From NCBI RefSeq assembly GCF_006345805.1, contig NW_021834415.1, positions 1 to 48,640 of the forward strand: a DNA stretch of 48,640 nucleotides, given 5' to 3'. Positions 24,831 through 35,050 of the stretch are shown in pieces; within the stretch, counting starts at the first letter, position 1, and every line of letters begins with the position of its first letter. This DNA comes from Octopus sinensis. Taxonomy: Eukaryota. Position numbers and translations under genes: made by a program. The notes below the pieces were generated by a model. It saw only the letters and a list, made by a program, of their open reading frames with translations, was not told the DNA's origin and did not search any database.

Positions 24831-25379
24831 TGAATTTGTCTGTGTTAACCACGTCCCAAAGATGGAGCCTTGAATCTTTGTCGGAAACTGGCTCCCTTCT
24901 CTGTGGAAGATTTATAATAATTAAAAAATAGAAGAGACATACACACATATTATAATAGATCAGGATTCGAGTGAATCGAGCACTTAAACGGCTGGGTCGA
25001 AAAATAAAATGTGTACAGAACAAAAATAAAGGAAGACATCAGCGGGTATCGATGTAGAGCAGAAAGATATTCAGGTTATGTATACGATTAACTGTACCCG
25101 ACTGAGTATATAAATAGCCCTGAGGTTGATCAAGAAACATACATTGCACTAAATGTATGACCCATAATATACGCTGGATGTACGCAAGGAGCAGATTCTG
25201 AGTGAGGTTCTTCATTCTATGACCAACAATGGTCATAGAATCACGAAGTGGCACAGGCAGCTGGCTCTTGAACGTTTATGAATTATGTGATTTATGTATT
25301 CACCTGATAAAAATGTTTTTTTCTTATGATGTCGTGCCTCCAGTAATTATAAATTCGTTGGAAACAATTGTAGTGGATT

Positions 25380-25607
25380 TCTTTACTACACACAAGGGGT
25401 TAAACACAGAGGAGACAAACAAGGACAGACACACGGATTAAGCCGATTATATCGATCCCAGTGCGTAACTGGTACTTAATTTATCGACCCCGAAAGGATG
25501 AAAGGCAAAGTCGACCTCGGCGGAATTTGAACTCAGACCGTAAGGGCAGACGAAATACGGCTACGCATTTCGCCCGGCGTGCTAACGTTTCTGCCAGCTC
25601 GTCGCCT
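25380..25607 (-). mobile_element. SINE family B
   Basis: Full head-to-tail match to other copies. Confidence 0.9.
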
Positions 25608-26097
25608 GAAACAATTGTAGTGGATTGACATATTATCCATCTGTTGTTATTTATACATACATACTTACATACATTCATACACACACACGTGTGTGTGTGA
25701 GAAGCATTAAAATGAAATCATAGTTATGTGAAAAGGAGATATTCATTGCGGAAAATAACAGAAAGTGTCCTTTTTAGAAAGCAAAAAAAAAAGGGCCTTA
25801 TTAGCAATCTTGATATTTGCTTTCTTCCGTTACTTTCCGGTGTTTATTTCTGTATTCCACTAATTTTGTATATAATCAGAAGTTATTTTCTCGGTAACTC
25901 TCCCTCCAGGATTCCTAATTTATTTTATTTTATTTCATTTTATTTTGATTTTTTTAATATCGTTTACCCTCCCTTGGTATAACAGTTTCTAGATATTTTA
26001 CATCTGCGCGTGCTAGAAAGATGAGCTTGTATCCAAGAAGATATATTTAAATCAGGCGCACAGTGTATACTTTACACAGTGTGCAAGGGTATTTGCC

Positions 26098-27176
26098 ATG
26101 TACGCAGAACCGCAAGTGTAGAAATTTGCAACTTTCTAGATGTTGTGAGATATTTTGTAGATAAAGTTCTGATGGATTTGGGGAGCTTCCGGTGGCAATG
26201 TTTTGGGAGCCTTTGGTGGCGATATTCTGGAAGCCTCTGGTGGCGATATTTTGAAAGCCTTTGGTGGCGATATTCTGGGAGCCTTTGGTGGCGATATCCT
26301 GGGAGCCTTTGGTGGCGATATTCTGGGAGCCTCTGGTGGCGATATTCTGGGAGCCTCTGGTGGAAATGTTTTGGGACCTTCTAGTCGCGATATTCTGGGA
26401 GCCTCTGGTGGCGATATTTTGGGAGCCTTTGGTGGCGATATTTTGAGAGCCTTTGGTGGCTTTATTTTGGGAGCCTCTGGTGGAAATGTTTTGGGACCTT
26501 CTAATCACGATATTCTGGGAGCCTCTGGTGGCGATATTTTGGAAGCCTTTGGTGGCGATATTTTGGGAGCCTCTAGCGGCGATATATTGGGACCCTCAGG
26601 TGGCAATATTTTGGGACCCTCTTGTGGTAATATTTTGGGTGCCTCTAGTGGCGATATTCTGGGAGCCTCTGGAGGCGATATATTGGGAGCCTCTAGTGGC
26701 GATAATTTGGGAGCCTCTGGTGGCAATGTTTCAACTGAATCAAAGAGAAAAGAAATATTCTAAACGTTCCGACACCATGAGGACATCATAACTGATGCAA
26801 AGGATAGAAAGTATTGTCGGTGATGATGACCCCGGAAAATCAATAAGAGCCATCAACGAAGAACTTCAGGTGTCGGATTGGACTATCAGAATTGGGGTGC
26901 ACGAAGACATTCGATACAAGTAGTGTGTACTGTGTATAGGCCAATTCGTGACTGCAAAACAGGAAAACTGATTCGTACCAAGTGGTTACTTAACAAGGTT
27001 AAAACCCTCGAACATGACCTGCTTTAGTTCTTCACCAATGAGAAAAATTTTGACCAGCACCGAAAGTTGAGCTGGAGAAATGACCGATGGTTATGTGCAT
27101 GTCCTCTGATATCAACAGGATGATGTGCACAAAGTGTCCAAAAACTGTAATGGTTTTAGGAGTGGTGAGTGACGAA
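26098..27176 (+). mobile_element. Decayed Tc1/mariner transposase (HTH region to first catalytic segment) interrupted by a minisatellite
   Basis: RTASVEICNFLDVVRYFVDKV..., KYSKRSDTMRTS, DDPGKSIRAINEELQVSDWTIR..VHEDIRYK, FFTNEKNFDQ..RNDRW, TVMVLGVVSDE, with stops and frameshifts. Confidence 0.85.
26191..26731 (+). repeat. 24-bp minisatellite, 22 full units plus a partial (consensus ggtggcgatattctgggagcctct)
   Basis: Unit starts at 26191 and 26719 differ by exactly 22x24; no indels; 120-bp higher-order repeat at 26359/26479. Confidence 0.95.
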
Positions 27177-27955
27177 GCATTTTGCCCGGCGCGGTAACGA
27201 TTCTGCCAGTTCACCGCCTAATAATACTTATTTCTTTACTATCCACAAGGGGCTAAACATAGAGAGGACAAACACAAGGACAGGCAAACGGATTATATCG
27301 ACCCCAGTGCGTAACTGGTACTTATTTAATCGACCTTGAAAGGATGAAAGGCAAAGTCGACTTCGGCGGAATTTGAACTCAGAACGCAGCGGCGGACGAA
27401 ATACCACAAAGCATTTCGCCCGGCGTGCTAACGATTCTGCCAGCTCGCCGCCTTAATCTAATAATTAAGCATGCTAATAATTCTGCTGGCTTGCCTTCCA
27501 AGATATTAGTTTCAAATTCTAGCAGGTCAGCAATTTCAGAATTTCAAATTCTAGCAGGTCAGCAATTATATCAACTAAGTGTTCAACTGGTACTTATCTT
27601 ATTGACCTTGAAAGGATAAAAAACAAAGTTGGCCTCAGCAGAATTTGAACACAGAATGCGAAAACTGATGAATTGGCACTAAGCATTTTGTCTAGCGTGC
27701 TGACAATTCAACCAGCTTGCCATCTCGTATTGTCTTAATATTGATTTCAAGCTTTCGCACAAGGTGAGCAATTTTGGGTAAGGGGTCTAGTCAATTACAT
27801 CGACCCCAGTGTTCAACTGGTACTTATTTTATCGACCCTGAAAGGATGAAAGGCAAAGTCGACCTCGGCGGAATTTGAACTCAGAACGCAGCGGCGGACG
27901 AAATACCACAAAGCATTTCGCCCGGCGTGCTAACGATTCTGCCAGTTCACCGCCT
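27175..27955 (-). mobile_element. Cluster of three family-B SINE copies (27175-27450, degenerate 27560-27725, 27760-27955)
   Basis: Repeated aaggcaaagtcgac...ggaatttgaactcagaacg motifs. Confidence 0.85.
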
Positions 27956-28024
27956 AATAATACTAAGAAAAAAGAATGTTTGTGTATGTAGGTGTGTATA
28001 TGTGTGTGTCTGTGTTTGTATAAA

Positions 28025-28055
<31 letters not shown>

Positions 28056-28080
28056 AGAGGAGGGAAGAGTAGAAACTTAC

Positions 28081-28248
28081 CGGAAAGCATTTTGATTGCA
28101 TATTGTTACAGAGGGGAAGATTAATGTTTTGTTGTAGTTGATGTCGACGTTCACGGTGACTGGCCAGCTGTAGTAGTAGATTATACGGTCAATGATTTGG
28201 TAAGACATTAAACCCAAGCAGAGTAGCACCAACAACAACCACAGAAGT
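28081..28248 (-). CDS. DEG/ENaC/ASIC-family channel, TM1 exon (first exon found; phase 2 to phase 2)
   Basis: Acceptor ttttcgttacAG|A, donor CG|GTaagt. Encodes LLWLLLVLLCLGLMSYQIIDRIIYYYSWPVTVNVDINYNKTLIFPSVTICNQNAF: hydrophobic TM1 followed by the family motif FPxVTICNxN. Confidence 0.93.
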
Positions 28249-28325
28249 CTGTAACGAAAACAATTAAGAAATACATTTAGTATAAACAGAACGGGAAAAT
28301 ATATGTAACGAAATAACACAAGAAA

Positions 28326-28630
28326 TCTTTATATATAAAATTGAAGTTGTGTGTGTGAGACTCTGTCTCCTCCGATTTAGATTCCTAACTACTCCCACAT
28401 TTTGCGGTGCAGTTTAACCAAAAGCGGGTATCTTATAGTCGTCATTCATATTGAGCCCTTCTGGGTATTAGCGCGCGTCTACGATGAGTCTACGATTTAA
28501 AAAAAAATTACCATCATTTTTCCGCATTTTTAATGATTTTTGCTCGGGTTATATAAGGGAAGTAACTCTCTAAAAATGCTTATATAGTTATTTCCTTACA
28601 AATCCGAACAACGCCGGGCGATACTGCTAG
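28326..28630 (+). mobile_element. Non-autonomous Helitron-type element (305 bp)
   Basis: A|TC...caacgccgggcgatactgCTAG|T; inverted near-copy of 5296-5601. Confidence 0.8.
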
Positions 28631-28682
28631 TTGATAATAAAGCGATAGACCATCGTAATATGACCGAAATTATGTACATGTA

Positions 28683-29188
28683 CAGGGCGTTTGGGCTAAA
28701 TTTTGCCAGTTTGCATAAAAGGAAAAATATACAATATTCCATCCAAAAATGGAAGTATTTAAAAAAAATTTAAATACCAACTAGATTATGTCTGGGAGGT
28801 AACAGTTTACACAATTAGCCGCTCTCTGCTTCCACCACTGCCTCAATGCGGCTCCAGAACCTGTCGCTCTGTGTTCCTAAGAAGATCTTCGAATGCTTCC
28901 TTGATCTTGCTCAGCAGCTCGGCCTTGCTATGCAGGCAGAGCGGTTGGTGTCTTCCTCAACTTCATCCCACACATGATAATCTATGGGAGGCCAGAAATG
29001 GAGGATGTTGGAGTCATGTTGTATATAATGGCGTGTTTATAATTATGAATAAATCACAATTATAAAAGAGAGGGTTGCAAAAACACGTTTAGAAATAGCA
29101 GTCAAAAACCACTATAAAGCCAATATTATCACTCATATTTTATATCCTCACAATAAAGCTGTCTTCGCAATGTATTTTTATACTTCTT

Positions 29189-29236
<48 letters not shown>

Positions 29237-30120
29237 TTATAGGATGGAATCTTCTGTTGAAGACGATGCACGAGTGTCCAGTTTTTACCGAATGACCTGT
29301 ACAAATGATTTGTCTACAGTGATCAAATGTATGTACCGCACATTCGCTCACTCCCTCCATCAAATCGAAGTTGCCTGAACAGGTGCACGGTGTACCACGC
29401 GTCAGATGTCTGACTCTTTCCGGAGACATGGCACGAATCCTAATTCCGCAACAACACACATCACATTCCAGCAGCAGCAGCCCTCTCCAGCCAGGGATTG
29501 AGCACAATCTCCATCAGATTATGAATTGAGCCTAAGACCCTGCTCAAAGATATGGGATGGCTTAACGTCCATTTCAGTGGAGACCCACCCAAAGACCATC
29601 ACAATTTTGTGGGGGACATGGTTTTTATCATGTCCACGTCGCATTGTACTGTCCTTACAATGTCCACAAAGCACTGATCAGTAGTTATGATGTCAATATT
29701 TTGATATAGCTAACTCTTTGCCATTATTCGGATGGCTTAAGGTGGTGAGCTGGCAGAATCGTTAGCACGTTGGGCAAAATAATTAATGGCATTTCGTCCA
29801 TTTTTATGCTCTGAGTTCAAATTCCGACGGGTCTGACTTTACCTTTCATCCTTTTAAAAGTCGATAAAATAAATACCAGTTGAACACTTGGGTCGATTTC
29901 ATCGACTTAAACCCCTCCCCCAAAATTGCTGGCCTTGTACCAAAATTTAAAGCCAATATTTGGATGGCTTTCAGGCCTCCATGTCAACTAATATTTTTTA
30001 TGAACTATAACTTTAAACTTTATGCTCTCCAACGCCGTTGACTCTTCCTCAATACATCAAGGTGTTCCTGAAAAAAAAAAAGAAACTAAATAAATTGTCA
30101 AATTTAGGCCGAACACCCTG
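28683..30120 (-). mobile_element. Tc1/mariner relic with both TIRs and TA TSD, plus nested insertions
   Basis: TA|cagggcgtttgggctaaatttt... and ...aaatttaggccgaacaccctg|TA; minus-strand remnants VMVFGWVSTE, HIFEQGLRLNS, PWLER, FWPP, DY.VW, SRIEAVVEA. Confidence 0.88.
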
Positions 30121-30315
30121 TACATAAAATAGTTTCAAATTTTGGCACAAGGCCAGTAATTTTGGTGTTGGGGAAGGAGTAAGTCGATTACACCAACCCC
30201 AATGCTCAACTGGTACTTATTCAATCGACCCTGAAAGGATGAAAGGCAAAGCTGACCTCACCGGAATTTGAACCCAAAACGTGTCCGGCGTGCTAATGAT
30301 TCTGCCAGCTCGCCT
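29740..30315. mobile_element. Two opposed family-B SINE copies (29740-29960 +, 30140-30315 -)
   Basis: ggtggtgagctggcagaatcgttagc head on +; reverse-complement motifs downstream. Confidence 0.8.
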
Positions 30316-30718
30316 CATTAATCTCTATACATATTATGATAAATGAATAAAGAATGAAACCGATATTTGTCACGTGACGATCGTTTACATGGAAATGGTC
30401 ACGTATTGTAAACTATAAATAATCATTCTCATAAAAATTATCGACCGGTAAGGAAACATCGTCTTCATTTCTTATTCATTTATTATTATTTACTCTGTGT
30501 TGGATTTGCAGAGTGGTTAATGGTTAATTAATTGATTAATTAATTTGTATTAGTGGTTCATTAATGAGTTGATAAATGCGGTATATAGTTGGTACTTCTT
30601 TTTTTTGAGCATTCACTTTGTCAAATACTCGCCTGAAGTGCCATTGAGTTAGCCGGATCAGAAAGATCCCTACTATTTTAATTCATACACGCATATGATT
30701 ACGTATATATACAGAGAC

Positions 30719-30770
<52 letters not shown>

Positions 30771-30938
30771 ATATATATATATATATGTATATATATGTAT
30801 GTATGTATGTATGTATGCATGTATGTATGTATGTATGTATGTATGTATGTATGTATGTATGTATGTATGTATGTATGTATATATGTATACAGCTCCTACA
30901 CGCATTTTTTTCTCTCTCTTTGTTTTTTTTTCTGTGTA

Positions 30939-30976
30939 TCTTTCTGTCGAAGAGCGTAGGCTCGAAACGTAAAAGA
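30939..30976 (+). ncRNA. Minimal type I hammerhead-like motif inside a Penelope-like repeat (30905-31075)
   Basis: ucuuu-CUGUCGA-A-GAGC(guag)GCUC-GAAACGU-A-aaaga; 5-bp stem I, GUA site, but A6 is replaced by U. Confidence 0.5.
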
Positions 30977-31081
30977 CTTTTTCTATTTCTATTCCTGAGC
31001 ACCATACTAATACATTTGTTTGTTCGTACTCCACCTGCCTTCGTCTTTTGTTTATTTTCGTAAACCTTCCCCTTATGCATG

Positions 31082-31182
<101 letters not shown>

Positions 31183-31218
31183 CATATACACACATACATA
31201 CATACAAACATACATACA

Positions 31219-31254
<36 letters not shown>

Positions 31255-31257
31255 TGG

Positions 31258-31440
31258 AGGTGGTGACCCCTGTTGTACTCTTTCGCCCCAACTTTCTCTC
31301 ACTCTCTCTTCCTGTTTCTTGAGTAACGCTGAGATGGACTGGCGACCCGTCCAGCTGGGGGGAACACTTACGCCACAGAAACCGGGAAACCGGGCCCATG
31401 AGTCTGGCTAGGCTTGAAAAGGCCGTATAAATAAATAATA
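31258..31440 (+). mobile_element. 5'-truncated SINE: family-C core with a third tail type
   Basis: Core ggtggtgacccctgttgtactctttcg..., then gatggactggcgacccgtccag...acagaaaccgg...aaataaataata. Confidence 0.75.
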
Positions 31441-31539
31441 CACACACACACAGACACATAAATATGTAGCTTAAATTCTGTATTATTTCAAAAGATATTC
31501 TGCATTTTGCCTTAATGCAAACATGTAAGTACATTTTTC

Positions 31540-31747
31540 TCTCTTTCTCTTTTACTTGTTTCAGTCATTTGACTGCGGCCATGCTGGAGCACCGCCTTTA
31601 GTCGAGCAAATCGACCCCGGGACTTATTCTTTGTTAGCCCAGTACTGATTCTATCGGTCTCTTTTGCCGAACCGCTAAGTGACGGGGACGTAAACACACC
31701 AGCATCGGTTGTCAAGCAATGCTAGGGGGACAAACACAGACACACAA

Positions 31748-31778
<31 letters not shown>

Positions 31779-31949
31779 CATATATAGGACAGGCTTCTTT
31801 CAGTTTCCGTCTACCAAATCCACTCACAAGGCATTGGTCGGCCCGGAGCTATAGCAGAAGACACTTGCCCAAGATGCCACGCAGTGGGATTGAACCCGGA
31901 ACCATGTGGTTGGTAAGCAAGCCACTTACCACACAGCCACTCCTGCGCC
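31540..31949 (-). mobile_element. SINE family A, full length
   Basis: Reverse complement of 17052-17503. Confidence 0.92.
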
Positions 31950-33382
31950 TATATTTATTTATTATCAAATATATTAATATAAATTATTTACATATATAAC
32001 TTGGCGGTTCGGCAAAAGAGTTCGATAGAATAGTTAGAAGGCTTAAAAAATTAAGCACTGGGGTCGATTCATTCGAGTAAAAGATTCTTCAAAGAGGTGC
32101 CTCGGCATAGTTGCAGTCTAATGACTGAAAGAAGCAAAATTTAAAGGTACCACGCTGGGGTATTGAACGCGAAATACATGGTTTCAAAGTGAGTACAACC
32201 ATGCCAGTATCTATATGAAGTAAAAACAGAAAAACAAAAACGAAAAACAAGATCAAAACTAAAATCATGCTAAAGTGAAACCGTGCAAACCCTGTACTAT
32301 GTAACCCTTGGGAAAACTACGTTTCCGTTTTCGAGAATGTACCTAAGTTTATCTCTATAGGTTATACATAAATGCGTCGGGTGAAGTATTTATATATCAC
32401 TCCATTGACACCAATTATAAATGGGAGGATACGCATATTTCTTAAATGCTTATAATTTAATACTTAGACTGGGTAGTGCATTAGCTTTTCAACTCACTTC
32501 AATTCAAAATTCTTCTGGGATTTATATGATGACAATCAATATACTATTATAATTCCTTTTGTGATGAAAAATGATGTGTGATTTATTATGCATTACACGG
32601 TAGAATACTTGTATGTTGGGGTTCATCACTATTTATTTAGGTGTCATTTTTGTTTGTTTGTTTGGTTGGTTGGTTGCTTTATCTCACCATTGAAACTCGA
32701 TATCCATCCACTTCCTAGATATTGCTTGTGTGTTTTATTTGCTCTCTCTCGCCTTTCAAAGGTCCCTAAACAACTTCGGTTCTCTTGGTCAATTAATTAA
32801 AAGAAATCCGTATTGTCGTCGCCGTCCTCCTCCTCCTCCTCATCATCATCATCATCATCACCATCATCAACATCATCACTACTACTACTACTGTTGCTGG
32901 TCTTATTGATATTATTATTGATATTCGGTTATTTACAAATAACAAATAACTAACAATAACAGCAACAACAATAATGATAATAATAATTCTTTATTAGAAC
33001 ATTGGCTCTAGAGATATATTATATAAAGCTATGGATAAAAGCGCGTTAATATTCGGGATGAAAAGAAACAAATAATGACGAAGATTAATATTAACATGCT
33101 ATTTACATGCACAATAGCTTTATGTAATGTGCTTCGAGACCCAATATTCCGAAGCAAAAAAGAAAAAAACAATAGGTTTTCGTTCTCTCGAAATTTTAAG
33201 ACTTCTTATGACTTCAATAATAATAATAATAATAATATTAATAATTGTTCCTATTATCAAAGTGTACGTACATACATACTTACACACACACATGTATATA
33301 TATATATATATACAACTTATAAACAAGGCCAAAAGAAAACAATTCCAATGCCAAATATGCCGAAAATAGACTTAGTCGTCAA

Positions 33383-34636
33383 TAACCATATAATTTATCA
33401 CTATAAGCACGCGTCTCGAAAGCAAGCAGACAGAAATTTCTAAAAAATTTCGTTACTATCGAATCGGCCCCGATTTCTGAGTTAATTCATTTTTGAATTT
33501 TCTCGTCATCAGCGATAAATACGATAAGAAAATAAATGAGATACTTACTTGTACCCATGGAAGAAGTAAACACTAAGTCATGAGCACACTTAAGTACCCC
33601 AAATATATACAAAATAGAAATTCTACAGCATACCTCGAGACACGTGTGATCGGACTGAAAATTCTCATAGAATGAGAGAGTCCGGAAGTGAATAGTATTA
33701 AATTTATATCTAATATAGGATAATCAGAAATATTAAATTTCTAAATCTCTCATAGAAATATGTACGGTGGTGGGGCGATAGAATGGTTGTATACTGTCGA
33801 AGCCATCAGGAAGCGTCGATGCTTCCTAGGGATAAACAGCGGTGGTGTAACCCCCTACTGTCACGTTCACGTTAGATTGACAGTATACAACCATTCTAAT
33901 ATAGGATAAAATTTTCGAAATAATTTTATCAATGGCCAGCATATTAAAAAATACCTTTAAATGTTAAATTTATAAACAGCTTATAAAAAAGGGCAAAAGA
34001 AAAAAATTCCAATTCCTAATATGCCGAAAATAGACTTAATCGTCAATAACCATATAATTTATCACTATAAGCACGCGATTCGATAATAACGAAATTTTTT
34101 AGAAATTTCTGTCGGCTTGCTTTCGAGACGTGTGCTTATAGTGATAAATTATATGGTTATTGACGATTAAGTCTATTTTCGACATATTAGGAATTGGAAT
34201 TTTTTCTTTTGCCCTTTTTTATAAGTTGTTTATAAATTTAACATTTAAAGGTATTTTTTAATATGCTGGCCATTGATAAAATTATTTCGAAAATTTTATC
34301 CTATATTAGATGTAAATTTAATACTATTCACTTCCGGACTCTCTCATTCTATGAGAATTTTCAGTCCGATCACACGTGTCTCGAGGTATGCTGTAGAATT
34401 TCTATTTTGGATATATTTGGGGTACTTAAGTGTGCCCATGGCTTAGTGTTTACTTCTTCCATGGGTACAAGTAAGTATCTCGTTTATTTTCTTATCGTAT
34501 TTATCGCTGATGACGAGAAAATTAAAAAATGAATTAACTCAGAAATCGGGGCCGATTCGATAATAACGAAATTTTTTATAAATTTCTGTCTGCTTGCTTT
34601 CGAGACGCGTGCTTATAGTGATAAATTATATGGTTA
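33383..34636. repeat. Long inverted duplication (~508-bp paired arms, 51-nt loop) of a ~477-bp tandem unit
   Basis: 34129-34636 is the reverse complement of 33383-34077 minus a 186-bp insertion; about a dozen differences. Confidence 0.93.
33724..33909. mobile_element. Short insertion of the 35051-35798 family flanked by a 14-bp direct repeat
   Basis: ctaatataggataa at 33710-33723 and 33896-33909; single copy (empty site) at 34296-34309 in the other arm. Confidence 0.88.
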
Positions 34637-34750
34637 GGAGGAAGGGGAGTTATCAGCTTATCGATAAAGAAACCAAAGGATACGAGTGAAAGATGGTAGA
34701 ATTAAGCAACGAAAAGAAAACCATAGAGAACTGACAAAAATGTATATATA

Positions 34751-34957
34751 TATAACAAACTTTGCTTGTAGAACAGACAGCAAATTTAAGGTCATCCACC
34801 TAACATATCACGTAATGATTTTTCTTATACATAGAATACAGATGCATCTGTATTCCATGTATAAGAAAAAGCATTATGTGATTAAATGCTCGAAATGTGA
34901 TATGTTGGGTGGATGACCTTAAATTTGTTGTTTGTTCTACAACCAAAGTTTGTTATA
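34751..34957. repeat. Loopless palindrome with 94-bp arms
   Basis: Centre gaatacagatg|catctgtattc (34844/34845); about 7 mismatches and one 19-nt insertion in the right arm. Confidence 0.92.
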
Positions 34958-35050
34958 CTCGTCTCATTTACCTGAGCACTTATATAGCAGTCCTAACCAC
35001 TTTGTTCCTGATAAGAAACAATCACTATTATTATTGATATATATATATAA

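Noticed and set aside
25039-25254. 71-aa minus-strand ORF as an extra channel exon
   Set aside because: No family similarity; the flanking exons already join in phase (QNAF-R-ATKAA).
26191-26731. CRISPR-like array
   Set aside because: Contiguous 24-bp units with no unique spacers; eukaryotic context, no cas genes.
26203-26763. GGDILGAS-repeat ORF as an independent nested gene
   Set aside because: No ATG or clear splice sites, a stop at 26170 just upstream, and the repeat is explained as an expansion within a dead transposase.
33541-33600. Minus-strand FHGYK followed by gtaagt as the HG exon
   Set aside because: In-frame stop a few codons upstream, and it lies within a repeat unit.
34330-34390. 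Hammerhead in the 477-bp unit (ggact...agtcc-GATC-ACACGTGT-C)
   Set aside because: It has the helix III palindrome and a stem, but no CUGANGA core, no GAAA and no stem I partner.
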